64,000 nt of DNA, taken from contig CAZWWE010000001.1 in assembly GCA_964637295.1 (NCBI GenBank), positions 188,312-252,311 of the forward strand, in the 5' to 3' direction. A model generated the notes under the pieces. It searched no databases. It saw only the letters and a program-made list of their open reading frames with translations, and was not told the DNA's origin. Shown piece after piece: positions 1 to 10,305 of this stretch. Every line of letters begins with the position of its first letter. Position 1 is the first letter of the stretch. Both the position numbers and the translations under genes were made by a program. The stretch is from an uncultured Pseudomonadales bacterium. Lineage in GTDB: Bacteria > Patescibacteriota > Microgenomatia > UBA1400 > PJMF01.

Positions 1-3000
1 AATATATTTTTGGTCGACTAATTGACGCTTAGCTTGAACCAATTCTGCTTGCAAGGCTTTTTGCACATCTGGAGAAATGTTTTGTGCTTGCAATTTATTT
101 TGTAGCGAGTCGATTTGTCTACTTAAATCCAAAGCACTGCGATAAGCTTGTCGACTAGCCTTTGGTCTTAAAAGATCTGCTGCTTTCTGCCATAAAGAAC
201 GATTTTGATTAGAAAGATTGTCGGTAATTTTTTCCAAAGAGGCAATTTCCGTATCTAAGGCTGTCAAACGAGTCTGATTGTTTGGATCAACTGCACCATC
301 GTCATTGACGAGAGTTTGTTTTTCTTGTCTCAAGGCAGATAGCTTGCTTAAGCTGCTTTCTAAAATAGCCAAAGATGATAAGTTTTCTTCTGGGCTACTG
401 AACAAGCGAGAAGTTTGCTCGTTCTGAATGAGAGCAGTCATTTGTTCTTGAACCGTTTTTTCATTTGGAGCAAAACTCTCAACAAGAGCTTGTTTTTGAC
501 TGTCTATGGCCAAGAGATCATTTAATTTGCTCAAAGCTTGGTTGGCTTCAACCTGTGTCACCAAAGAGGCATTTAATTTTTGCAGTGATTCAATTTCATT
601 CAAGAGATTTGCTGACGTCTTCAGTTTTTGCACCAACTCTTGCCTTTGATTCTGGAGGCGACTAAGCTCAGTGTCAGATAAAAAAACACCTCTGTTCGTC
701 ACTTCCGCATCGATAGAGTCAATCTGTGCTCGCAGAGTGCCAATCTGCTTGATGTGATAATCAATCTCTGTTGCTTTACTGTTGAAGTAACTAGCTGATT
801 TTTTGTTGTTGGCGCTTGCTTCTTGTGCCAAAGCTCTAATTTCACCAACGATACTTCTCCCACGCGCCGCATATTCAGCTGGATCAACACTGGCGTCAGC
901 CAACTTATTTTGGATTTGCGCCTTCGGATCTAGCTTGACTATCTGCTCTTGCAAAGCTTGGCGTTGCGCAGTGAGTTCTTCCAAATGTCTTTGCTTAAAT
1001 AAATAAGATCTTGCTTTTGAGGCAGCCTTGTCACTTAAACCATTCAAGACAGCCAGTTGCCCATCTACTGCATCAATTTGTTTTTGCAGATCAGCAACTT
1101 GAAGGGCAGTTTTTTCAGCTGCCACAGTGGTTTTGTGAGCTTGATAATTTTTATAACTGCTGCTAATTTGCGCCACATTTTGACCAGCACTCAAAGCCAA
1201 GCCAATCCAGGCATTGACGCAATCTTGTTCAGAAAAAGCACCGCTGCTGCCATAACAGGCCTGCGCCACTTGTCGCACATCAACCGCTGCTCCAGCCGGT
1301 ACGTTCATGGCATCTAAAACAAAATCGATTTTATTGGTCAAAACAGTTGGCCCAAATAAACCAAAGCTATTACCGGCCACTCCAGAAGCAGCCACAAAAG
1401 CCCCTAAAGTACTAAATGCTCCTTCTTTAAAAGCAGCGTCACCAAACTTCTTGCTCGAAGCAAAAGCATTGTAAGCAGCTAAACCAGAATTAACTGTGTT
1501 ATAAGAATTTAAGCCAATGCCTCCTAATTGGCCAGTGCGCGTAAGCAATTGACCAGAATTAGCAAGTAAATTGGCAGTAGTAGCAGTCGTAGCTTTACCC
1601 GCCAAACTCGTCAACAAACCGCCGCCGCTAGTCAAAGCCGCCACCGCAGAGTTGGCCAGCATCAAGTTGCCTTGTTTATTAAGCGTATCAACTTGTAATT
1701 TTAAATCTGCTTCTAATTGCTTAATTTCTTCTGGGGCGGCACCGCTTTCTTGATAAGATTGCAAAATCGCATTTCTTCTCGAATCAATGTCAATTCTTTG
1801 CATTTCTAAAGCCTGAGCCTTCATGCCCGCCCCTTGATAGAGAGAAAAGGCGGAAGAAGCAAGGCCTAGGCCAACTGCTGGAGCGGCGCCAGCCAAAGTC
1901 AACAAAGGTAAAGTAGCAATCGCCACTGAAGGTGCTACTACTTTAGCTAATTTTTCATAATTTAATTCCTTGCTCGAACGTTGCACTTCACTGTCATTAT
2001 TAAAACTTGCGAAATCCTGAAATTTGATTTGATTTTCCGGCGTGGTCGCGATGTATCGATCATATAATTTTTGTGTGATTACATCTTGTTGAGTTACTTG
2101 ATAATCTTCAGTGACTTTTTGAGCTTCTGCCACTGGATCAAGGACTGCTAAATTTAAATTGGCCGATAAATCCGCATTGCGGAGCAATTGATTATTCATG
2201 TTGACGGTCGCTAAATAAGTACCAGCATAAACAGCGGCTTCTTTTACTGATTCAACTGCATTTTGGAAATCTTTGGCAGCATAATAACCAGGCTGAGCTG
2301 CCTGATAGTTATAATCCAGTAGTTTTTGACCCTGCGCATCTTTTGCGTGACTGGCTCCAAGCAAAGCAACGTTAGCAATGCTGGTATCAGCAGGCCCAGT
2401 GTAATTGTAATATTTACTTGTGGCGTAATTAGTAGCGATGTTTTGTGCCACGTCTACGTTAGCTAGTTGCGTACTCAACTGATTGAAGGTTAAGTTGATA
2501 GCCTGACCACTATTTAAACCCAAGTCTGCGATTGTAAATTCTCGATTAAATAAATCATCGTTCATCAAAGCATTGCCATAAGATAAGCCCCAAGTGTAAT
2601 TGGAAATAGCTGAACGATTGGCTGTGGCGTAAGAGAAAGCTTGCGAAGCATTAAAAATTTGACTGGCAGCCACAGCAGTCTGATATTCTTGCATTTTGGC
2701 AGTTTGATTGTCCACGGTCGCATCAAAGCTTTTGCTGACTGCCGAATTTGGTCCAGACAAGGCCAGGGCAAGACCATAGTTACTAGCTTGGGCGGTACCA
2801 AAATTTGCCAAAGCACTATCAAGGAGACTAGCGGTTTTATTTTTCTGACTGCTTTTCAGAATTTGATCTGAATACTGCAAGGCCATGTCGGGAATGTTGA
2901 CCCCTTGTCCCGCGTACATTTTGTCGAGCATTAAAGCCAAAGTGGTGGTTGCTTGCTTTGTATCGTTAAAATTTTCCCTTTGACAATCAGTGATTTGTAA

Positions 3001-4887
3001 ATCTTGGCACAACTTCGTCAATTCTTGACCAGCATCTTGGGAAAAATTGGCAATAGCCTGATCGAGACGTTTAGGAATTTCTACTTTTTGTCGATAAAAT
3101 TCTTCACCATATTGACCATAAATATTTTTCAGCAAAGCCCGCTCGTCACTTAAAATATTGGCCGAAGCAAGATCGGAGGATTGTTTATTTTGTACATAAT
3201 AATTATTTAAATAAGTGACGTCCTTAGTTTGTTCATAAAAAGTTAGGGCCAATTGTGGATTATATTTAGCAATTTCTTTTTGCAACTCAACACTAGTCAT
3301 GCGATAAGCTGGCTGCCTTTTTACATAAAATTGATAAAGTTTCTCTAAATCCGCTTTATCTTCTTTGCCATCACCAAATTGTTGCACCAATTGTTGCTCT
3401 TGGATCACAGTACTTCTCTGTGTTAACAAAGCCTCAGCAGCCTTTTGGGCTTCGGCCGGAGTGGTGTCGGGCATTTGCGCCAAAATTAAAGCAAGTAAGT
3501 CTTTGGCTACCAAGCGCTTGGCATCTTCGGTTTCGATCAGACCCGCATCTATCGCTGCTTTTCTGAGCTTATTGAGATCAGTGCTTGCACCAGAGGCATA
3601 GTCTTGATAAGCCTTATTTAAAGTGGCGATTTTGCTTGCTGCGGCTTGATCAATTTCTGATTGAGTCGCTTTTCGCTCACCTGAGCTTGCTTGGTCTTGC
3701 GTCGCTTGCTGCTGTGCAGTCTGTTTTTGTGCCGCGCTTTGCGCTAAAAATTGTTGACGGTCTTGCTTGAACTTATTGGCATCAATACCAAAAGCTCCCA
3801 AAATTCCATCTAAATTATTATATTTTAAGCTTGGATCATAACCAAAAATTTCTTTGAATTTATTACTCGCCACTTGTTCTAGGTTGGCATTTTCTGCTGC
3901 TCCAATTAAATTGCCATACATTTGAGAAATGGCTGTATTCACAGTAATTTTTGAAGCTGCGGCACTATTCAGCTGGTCTAAAACTTGATAATGAGCGGCT
4001 AAATCGGGATAATCAATAATTCTTTGATTAAAATCAAAAACAGCTTGTTCTTCTTGATTAAGTGCTTCACTTTGTGCCTTAGTCTGCAAAGCTTGATTTT
4101 CAAGCTCTGCTTTTTTTTGCAAAACTTCTGGACTGGTCAAGGCTGTTAATAAAGCTTGTGCTTTGAGTAATTTGGCATTGGCTGCTTGCGCATTGTATAA
4201 ATCACCAACTTTGAAATCTATTCCGTAAGTTGCTTTGTACAGTTTTTCTAAATCGGCAAGCTCACCGTTATTTTGATATTTTTCAACAGCCTGCTGCCAA
4301 TCGTCATATTTGACTTCAATTTTTTTAAGATGTGGATAACAATAATCGCCCTTACTATTATCACAATTACTACTACGATTGGGCATCACCAAGTAACCAT
4401 TGACCACTGAACCGAAGGCATAGCAATTATTGCCAATTCGAAAACTTTTGCCCCCACAGTTTTCGCCTAGTTTTTCTACACTGCCAGTTTGATTTTTGAT
4501 TGTTTCACTACCAAAGCTCAAGCTTTCATAGGTTTTTTTGGTTTCTAAATATGGATAATTATAACGACCAGAATTAACCACAATATAACCACCAGCCAAT
4601 TCATCACCAGGCATATAACAAAAATTATTCATCCAAACACCATTACAGGCACTTTGAGTCTGTGGTCTTTGTCCGGTGTATGAAGTTTGGAGAATTCCCT
4701 TTTTACTAACTGTGCTGGGACTGGGATTTGCAGGGTCGCAATAAGGCTGACCAGGTTGACAACCACTAGCTTGCTGCCGAATGTCTTGCTGGTTTTTCAA
4801 TAATATAAAACCTGTAGCCAATCCTCCTAGCAAAAAAAGCAAAATCAGGGCAGAAATAAAATAGTATTTTTTCTTGTACGACAACAT
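1..4887 (-). CDS. Giant membrane-anchored protein (>=1629 aa, 3' end beyond the left edge); not in the ORF track
   Basis: ATG at 4887 gives MLSYKKKYYFISALILLFLLGGLATGFILLKNQQDIRQQA. My manual translation stays open to position 1 (4887/3 = 1629 codons). It has an N-terminal TM helix, two Cys modules, a long helical body, Gly/Ala-rich hydrophobic segments (~1330-1960) and then coiled coil. Confidence 0.9.
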   Translation of the reverse strand, partial: MLSYKKKYYFISALILLFLLGGLATGFILLKNQQDIRQQASGCQPGQPYCDPANPSPSTVSKKGILQTSYTGQRPQTQSACNGVWMNNFCYMPGDELAGGYIVVNSGRYNYPYLETKKTYESLSFGSETIKNQTGSVEKLGENCGGKSFRIGNNCYAFGSVVNGYLVMPNRSSNCDNSKGDYCYPHLKKIEVKYDDWQQAVEKYQNNGELADLEKLYKATYGIDFKVGDLYNAQAANAKLLKAQALLTALTSPEVLQKKAELENQALQTKAQSEALNQEEQAVFDFNQRIIDYPDLAAHYQVLDQLNSAAASKITVNTAISQMYGNLIGAAENANLEQVASNKFKEIFGYDPSLKYNNLDGILGAFGIDANKFKQDRQQFLAQSAAQKQTAQQQATQDQASSGERKATQSEIDQAAASKIATLNKAYQDYASGASTDLNKLRKAAIDAGLIETEDAKRLVAKDLLALILAQMPDTTPAEAQKAAEALLTQRSTVIQEQQLVQQFGDGKEDKADLEKLYQFYVKRQPAYRMTSVELQKEIAKYNPQLALTFYEQTKDVTYLNNYYVQNKQSSDLASANILSDERALLKNIYGQYGEEFYRQKVEIPKRLDQAIANFSQDAGQELTKLCQDLQITDCQRENFNDTKQATTTLALMLDKMYAGQGVNIPDMALQYSDQILKSSQKNKTASLLDSALANFGTAQASNYGLALALSGPNSAVSKSFDATVDNQTAKMQEYQTAVAASQIFNASQAFSYATANRSAISNYTWGLSYGNALMNDDLFNREFTIADLGLNSGQAINLTFNQLSTQLANVDVAQNIATNYATSKYYNYTGPADTSIANVALLGASHAKDAQGQKLLDYNYQAAQPGYYAAKDFQNAVESVKEAAVYAGTYLATVNMNNQLLRNADLSANLNLAVLDPVAEAQKVTEDYQVTQQDVITQKLYDRYIATTPENQIKFQDFASFNNDSEVQRSSKELNYEKLAKVVAPSVAIATLPLLTLAGAAPAVGLGLASSAFSLYQGAGMKAQALEMQRIDIDSRRNAILQSYQESGAAPEEIKQLEADLKLQVDTLNKQGNLMLANSAVAALTSGGGLLTSLAGKATTATTANLLANSGQLLTRTGQLGGIGLNSYNTVNSGLAAYNAFASSKKFGDAAFKEGAFSTLGAFVAASGVAGNSFGLFGPTVLTNKIDFVLDAMNVPAGAAVDVRQVAQACYGSSGAFSEQDCVNAWIGLALSAGQNVAQISSSYKNYQAHKTTVAAEKTALQVADLQKQIDAVDGQLAVLNGLSDKAASKARSYLFKQRHLEELTAQRQALQEQIVKLDPKAQIQNKLADASVDPAEYAARGRSIVGEIRALAQEASANNKKSASYFNSKATEIDYHIKQIGTLRAQIDSIDAEVTNRGVFLSDTELSRLQNQRQELVQKLKTSANLLNEIESLQKLNASLVTQVEANQALSKLNDLLAIDSQKQALVESFAPNEKTVQEQMTALIQNEQTSRLFSSPEENLSSLAILESSLSKLSALRQEKQTLVNDDGAVDPNNQTRLTALDTEIASLEKITDNLSNQNRSLWQKAADLLRPKASRQAYRSALDLSRQIDSLQNKLQAQNISPDVQKALQAELVQAKRQLVDQKYI

Positions 4888-4907
4888 GCCACTTCAATCA
4901 ATATATT

Positions 4908-6719
4908 CTACAAAGGTTTTTTTGAAGCCATATTTTTGGCCAAAAAATAACTCCATAAGCCCGCCATCATAAAAAAGCTGCCCATTAAAATTAAGCTAAA
5001 AGTCGTGCCCACAGAACCAGCGCTGTATTGACCAGCACTGGTAGAAACAATGCTAGAGCCACTAGTTATCGTTGGCGTTGTTGTTGCGATGGGCATCACT
5101 GATGGAGTTGCAGTCAAAGTTGGAACATAAGGATTGCCAGAACCATAGGGTATACTAGCAGTCGGCACTGGCGTCGTTGTAGGTGAGGTTGTCTGAGCTA
5201 ATTGTCTTGGAGTGGCGCTCGGATCAACCGTAAAACTATAAGTTTTAGTCACTTCTTTACCAGTTACTGGATCAATATAAGTATAAGAGGCAGTGTGCTC
5301 TCCTGGTTCCAAATTTTTACCCAGATTGGCTACATCTAAAACAAGATTGCCGTCGGCGTCTGTTTGCATGGTTTCGTCAATTTGAGTATCGGAATGAATC
5401 ACAATTCTTACCATGGTGTTGGCTGGCAGAGTCGCTTTAATTTGTGGCTGGGTGGTGGTTAATACGGCTGGCGCTGAGGCTTGTTGCTGATCCAAGGTGT
5501 TAAGATCTAGCACTTCTGGCTTAAAAGTACTGCTATCTGCAGATGATAAATCACCCAATAAACCTTGTAGTGCACTATCTTGACCACTGGCACTGGCTTG
5601 GGCACTGGCTGCTGAAGTGGCGTTATTTTGCAAAGCCAATGCGGCTGCAGATGAATCAGATGAATCGCTGGCGGTTATCGTCTCTGCTAATAACTCCTCT
5701 TTGTTCAAATCTTCTAGTTCAGCACTGGCACTAGCATCAGTTGAAGCTAAATCAGCGTTTTGTCCCAAAATTAAATCTGCCACTGGTTGAGCGCTAGCAA
5801 TCGTCGTCTTGACACTACTTAATAAATTTGGCTCAATGCCTTGCACTTTAATTTCTAGCTGACTTTCGTCACTTAATTGAGCATAAGTGCTTTTGTCCAA
5901 ACTGAAAGCATTAGCTAAGGAGATGCCAAAACTGCCTGAAGCTTTAACTAAACTAGATAAAGTACCTAGTTGATCACCATAAACGTAAACAATCGCGCCT
6001 TCTGCCGGCTTACCATCAGCAAGCATCACATTACCATAAACGGTTTGATTGTTGGGTGGCGATTGGCTTTGCTTGGCGATCGTAGTAATTTTGTAAGCTT
6101 GGCCGTCATTATCAAAAGTACTAGAACCAGTGCCTAAGACATAATAATAATCTTTACCTGGCTCTAAACCGCGCACCGTCACGTGGTGCAGACGATAATC
6201 TTTAACTACGCCTGATAGCTGATCACGATCATCGCTGGCTTGCTTATTCAGTGTTTTTGCCTCTTCGCCATATTTGATAAAAGCTACTGTGCTTTCATCT
6301 GTATAAAAAGAAACTGTAAACGATTTGTCAGTCAAATTACTAAGGCGAATATTTTTAGGCGTAGTTTGTGGAGTTGCTCTGGGCGCAAAAACGCCAGTGC
6401 CTTGACCAAATAATAGAACACCAGAAATTAACGCGACAAATAAAATTAACAAGCCAAGAATGGTAGGAATTTGCTTTTTACCCGCCAATTTTGCAGATTT
6501 TTTCAATTTAACTTGGGTCGGATTTTCACTGAAATCTACAGCATCCATTTTGGGTGCCTCGCTAACAGTTGAAGAGGCAATGGGCTGCACAACTTGAGTA
6601 GCTGAGGCAGGCCTTGAGTCAGCATTGAGCGTCGACTTGTCCTCTTGAAGGATTTTTTGATCTAGCTTTAAATCAAGCACTTCTTGGTCAGTAGTAGAAT
6701 GATTAAGTTTTACCTGCAT
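4908..6719 (-). CDS. Fibronectin type III / purple-acid-phosphatase-N-like surface protein with N- and C-terminal TM helices
   Basis: PKNIRLSNLTDKSFTVSF...HHVTVRGLEPGKDYYY is an Fn3 signature. VYGNV...PAEGAIVYV is a beta-sandwich. Ser/Thr/Pro linkers and a C-terminal hydrophobic helix follow. Confidence 0.75.
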   Translation of the reverse strand: MQVKLNHSTTDQEVLDLKLDQKILQEDKSTLNADSRPASATQVVQPIASSTVSEAPKMDAVDFSENPTQVKLKKSAKLAGKKQIPTILGLLILFVALISGVLLFGQGTGVFAPRATPQTTPKNIRLSNLTDKSFTVSFYTDESTVAFIKYGEEAKTLNKQASDDRDQLSGVVKDYRLHHVTVRGLEPGKDYYYVLGTGSSTFDNDGQAYKITTIAKQSQSPPNNQTVYGNVMLADGKPAEGAIVYVYGDQLGTLSSLVKASGSFGISLANAFSLDKSTYAQLSDESQLEIKVQGIEPNLLSSVKTTIASAQPVADLILGQNADLASTDASASAELEDLNKEELLAETITASDSSDSSAAALALQNNATSAASAQASASGQDSALQGLLGDLSSADSSTFKPEVLDLNTLDQQQASAPAVLTTTQPQIKATLPANTMVRIVIHSDTQIDETMQTDADGNLVLDVANLGKNLEPGEHTASYTYIDPVTGKEVTKTYSFTVDPSATPRQLAQTTSPTTTPVPTASIPYGSGNPYVPTLTATPSVMPIATTTPTITSGSSIVSTSAGQYSAGSVGTTFSLILMGSFFMMAGLWSYFLAKNMASKKPL

Positions 6720-6799
6720 AAAAATAAAAATGGCTCATATTAAATTTACATGATTAGCCAAGCAACAACAAGTATCAGACTAAGCTTTTTTGCATTTTC

Positions 6800-7279
6800 T
6801 TAGGGCATTTCGGACATAGTACTCGTACTACTTGCTTGATTATTGGTTTCATCACCTAATTCTTCAGTTATTGTGTCGCTTGTTACTTCAACCGCTGCCT
6901 CAGCTGTTGCCTCAGGGTTTGTTTCCACACTTGTTGTTTTTTCAGCCTCCTCCATTTCTTCTGGTTTTGTTATGTCAACTAAAATGCTTTCTTTAGTCAT
7001 TTCGTCTTGATCAAAAACAAAAATGGAAAAATCATTTAGTTCTTCTTGCGTAAAAGCTCGCTGTTGACTAATCTCTTCAAAAACTTTTGATTCTAATCTT
7101 GGCACAAAAGACTTAGCCAACTCTCTCAATTCAGGAGAGATGGAGCTAGTCTTACTAGTCGCAAAAATACTGACTAAAATCCATAAAATAATCAAAACCA
7201 AAAACAGCACTCCCAACCACAAGAGTTTTTTATTACGGCGAAGTTTACTTAGTTGACGCTGTAAGTCATTGTTTTTCAT
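6800..7279 (-). CDS. Single-TM hypothetical protein in the PilP position of the pilNO block
   Basis: Basic N-terminus, TM helix and acidic tail. It overlaps the pilO stop by 4 nt (translational coupling). Confidence 0.65.
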   Translation of the reverse strand: MKNNDLQRQLSKLRRNKKLLWLGVLFLVLIILWILVSIFATSKTSSISPELRELAKSFVPRLESKVFEEISQQRAFTQEELNDFSIFVFDQDEMTKESILVDITKPEEMEEAEKTTSVETNPEATAEAAVEVTSDTITEELGDETNNQASSTSTMSEMP

Positions 7280-7902
7280 TTTTTTTCAGTTACTTGACTA
7301 TCATAATAAGGCAAATTAATGCGTATGACCGCTCCTAAATCTTTTTGATTGCGATTATTGGCCAAACTGAAATTAATTTGATCCACCAAAATCATTCTTC
7401 TAGAATTCATCAAGTCCTCAATAAATTGTCTAATCTGTAAATAATCACCAATTACACTCACGTTGAAAGTCAATATTTGACGCGTAGCCTGTGAAGCGCT
7501 AGCGGCAACTAATTCTTCTGGAACGGCCGAAATAGTTATCCCTTTAATCACCAGTTGATTATTTCCGGCAATTTTTTCCACAATCTTCAAACCAGTCATT
7601 AAGCTGGCGGTTTTAGGCATGGCCTCATCTAATAAATAAAACTGAGAACTGAATTGCTGGTATTGAGCTTGAGCAGTGTTGAGACTGGCAATTTTTTGCG
7701 CTAGCTGTTCATCTAATGCTCTTTTATCTTCAATTTCTTTGACCAAAAGAGACATGGTTTGCAAAGTCGGCTTAACTGCAAAAACGGCAAAAAAGACTAC
7801 GGCTAAAATAGAAAAAATCAGCTCTAGAGAAACCATTGCCACAGGATTTTTATAAAAATCTAGCAAAGCTTGCTGTAGCTGTTCTTGTTTACTTTTTGCC
7901 AT
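7276..7902 (-). CDS. pilO: Type IV pilus assembly protein PilO
   Basis: TM helix, coiled coil, then LDEAMP...FNVSVIGDYLQIRQFIEDLMNSRRMILVDQINF, the PilO ferredoxin-like fold pattern. Confidence 0.8.
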   Translation of the reverse strand: MAKSKQEQLQQALLDFYKNPVAMVSLELIFSILAVVFFAVFAVKPTLQTMSLLVKEIEDKRALDEQLAQKIASLNTAQAQYQQFSSQFYLLDEAMPKTASLMTGLKIVEKIAGNNQLVIKGITISAVPEELVAASASQATRQILTFNVSVIGDYLQIRQFIEDLMNSRRMILVDQINFSLANNRNQKDLGAVIRINLPYYDSQVTEKK

Positions 7903-8461
7903 TGAATGCTACTTTCGCTCGCATGTCAAAATTAAAGCCCGGCGCTCTTTCGCCCCGAGATTCAATTTTATTAATACTAACCTCAGTAAAACGAGGATTT
8001 AATTGTAAATTATTGACTAAAACATTGAGAGCCTCCTGTGATAAAGCAGAACCAGTAAAACTAATTGCGTCTGGTTTAATTAACAAAGTTTCAAAAACCA
8101 CTTGATTGGGAATGTTTTCATTTAAAATTGGAAAAATCTCAGCCAAGTTTGCTTCTTGTTTGAATTGTTGATAATCTTCAATTTGTTTTTGCACAAAACG
8201 AAATCTTGTTTCTAAATCAGCATAAGACGCGATGACTCGTTCTTTTTGATTAATCGAAGAATTTAAATCAGTGACCATACGATCTAGGGTAAAGCGCGAA
8301 GCAAAACTCAAAATCACAATTAATTCTGTAAAAATCACAATATAGCGACCAATTGACAAGGCCCACTTCAAAAATCGCCCAAAAGTCGTTTCAAAAAATG
8401 GGTCTTGAGGAACAAGATTGACAGTAATATCCAATTTGCGATTGGCAGGCTTTTTTGGCAT
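7889..8461 (-). CDS. pilN: Type IV pilus assembly protein PilN
   Basis: N-terminal VNLVP (the INLLP-type PilM-binding motif), TM, coiled coil, then ISFTGSALSQEALNVLVNNLQLNPRFTEV. Confidence 0.8.
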   Translation of the reverse strand: MPKKPANRKLDITVNLVPQDPFFETTFGRFLKWALSIGRYIVIFTELIVILSFASRFTLDRMVTDLNSSINQKERVIASYADLETRFRFVQKQIEDYQQFKQEANLAEIFPILNENIPNQVVFETLLIKPDAISFTGSALSQEALNVLVNNLQLNPRFTEVSINKIESRGERAPGFNFDMRAKVAFNGKK

Positions 8462-8514
8462 TCTCTATGTCAAGTTTCTCATATATTGAACGCTTTTTGA
8501 AGGCTGAGATCAAT

Positions 8515-10200
8515 CTAGACTTCTTTATTTTCAATTGAACTATCAAGCAAGACTTCTGAAGAATCTTCAATGGCTTCACGCCATTTGCCAAATTTTTGCA
8601 AAATATTGCGAATGTAAAATAATTCCTTAACATCAAATAAAACCGAAAAATAAACATAAACTAAGCTCGCCATGCTGGCAGTGGAAATCGTTAAAGCAAT
8701 CAGGTCAATGGTGCGGGAAGTATCAAACACCACTTCATCTAAAATTTTGAAAGGCAAATAAAGAAAAACTGCCATAAAAAAACTTGCTCCCAGCATTTTG
8801 CTTTGCGACCACCAAAATTCTTTACTATTAAAACAAGCAATTTTTCGATTAAGTAGAATTACAAACAAAATGAGTTCGACAAAGGCAGTGAGTGAGATTG
8901 CTAAAGCTAAACCCAGTACTCCCAAATTGAATTCATAAACTGCTAAATAAGCCGTTAATAAGTAAATCGCTACGGTGGCAATGGTAATCAAAAAAGGCGT
9001 CTTTGTATCTTTGAGAGCATGAAAAGCTCTGACCAAAAGTTGCACCATCGCCTGAGCAGTGATGGAGATCGCAATAATCGCCACTACTTTGCCCGTTAGA
9101 ACGGTGGTTTTCCAAGGAAAATTATAGGTACCAAAAATTAAACGAATAATGGGCACACGCAGAATCAATAACAAAACTGAGGCCGGCATCGCAAAAAATG
9201 CAATTTGGTTCAAAGATTGCAAAAGTAAGCGGTTAAATTTGGCTCGATTTTCCCCGGCTGACTCCTCTGATAAAAAAGACAAAGAAGCTTGAGAAATGGG
9301 CACTCCAAAAAAACGAATTGGTAAAGTCATCAAACGACTAGCTAATTTCAAGACCACAAAACTCAAGTCGCCAATAGTGGTAGCAAAAAATCCCATAGCT
9401 AAATTTTGAAACTCTGTCACTCCGACTGTGAGCAAACGTGGTGGCATCAGAGCAAATAGTTTTTTAACTGATGGAAATTTCAAATTAAAATCAAAGTTAA
9501 AGCGAAAACCCAACTTCCAAACTAAAGGCAATTGCACCAACATGTGTAAAAAAGCACCTAATAAAACTCCTAAACCAGCTGCATAAATGCCAAAATATTT
9601 AGCCAAGAAAATTGTCCCCAACATGATGCCGAGATTATAAAAAATAGGGGCTAAAGCTGGAGCGATAAAACGTTGATAAGCTTGTAAAATGCCAGTTAAA
9701 AAATTGGAGATGGCAAAAAATAATTGTGCAAAGAGCATTAGACGAGTTAATTTGACTGCAATCGCAATTTGCTCCAAAGAAAATTCTTTTCCTGTGCGCA
9801 AGCCGGTGATCGGTTCAGCAAAAATAAAAGCTAAAATCGACAAAATCAAAAAAACCAGCATTACGTAGTTCATGACAATAGCAGTAAAACGGAAAGCTTT
9901 GGCTTCATCTTGTTTTTTTAACTCACTAAAAAGAGGAATAAAGGAAGCCGCCAATGCCCCCATCACAATCAATTGAAAAATCATGTCTGGAATTTGAAAT
10001 GCCACTTGAAAGGCCTCATAGGCTTGTTGCGAAGCATTGCTGCTAAAAAATTGTTTAATCAGCACTCTTTCGCGCCATAGACCAAAAATTGAAGAAAAAA
10101 TATTTGCCAAAGTAATCACTAGAGCCGCAGAAAGAATAGAGTTCTGTTTTCTCTCTAACCATTTACCATTATTATTGAAGATTTTTGCCAAAGAAATCAC
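8515..10200 (-). CDS. murJ: Lipid II flippase MurJ (MviN)
   Basis: GLWRE, AFQIPD, ASFIPLF, RAFHALKDTKTP motifs and about 14 TM segments. GTG start. Confidence 0.92.
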   Translation of the reverse strand: MISLAKIFNNNGKWLERKQNSILSAALVITLANIFSSIFGLWRERVLIKQFFSSNASQQAYEAFQVAFQIPDMIFQLIVMGALAASFIPLFSELKKQDEAKAFRFTAIVMNYVMLVFLILSILAFIFAEPITGLRTGKEFSLEQIAIAVKLTRLMLFAQLFFAISNFLTGILQAYQRFIAPALAPIFYNLGIMLGTIFLAKYFGIYAAGLGVLLGAFLHMLVQLPLVWKLGFRFNFDFNLKFPSVKKLFALMPPRLLTVGVTEFQNLAMGFFATTIGDLSFVVLKLASRLMTLPIRFFGVPISQASLSFLSEESAGENRAKFNRLLLQSLNQIAFFAMPASVLLLILRVPIIRLIFGTYNFPWKTTVLTGKVVAIIAISITAQAMVQLLVRAFHALKDTKTPFLITIATVAIYLLTAYLAVYEFNLGVLGLALAISLTAFVELILFVILLNRKIACFNSKEFWWSQSKMLGASFFMAVFLYLPFKILDEVVFDTSRTIDLIALTISTASMASLVYVYFSVLFDVKELFYIRNILQKFGKWREAIEDSSEVLLDSSIENKEV

Positions 10201-10267
10201 CTTTCGATTATACCTTGATTTTTTTTGAAAAAGAAAAGCAAAAGCAAACTAAAAATTGGCCTAAAGC

Positions 10268-10296
10268 TTGCTTAAAAGAGGTACCTCTAGTATAAT
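10268..10296 (+). promoter_or_regulatory. Sigma70-type promoter for rpsT (near-leaderless)
   Basis: TTGCTT(10268)-17 nt-TATAAT(10291), with the ATG 9 nt after the -10 and no SD. Confidence 0.65.
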
Positions 10297-10305
10297 CAAA
10301 CGCCT

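Noticed and set aside
465-3770. Short ORFs listed in the first 4 kb
   Set aside because: They are shadows of the single long minus-strand frame 1..4887.
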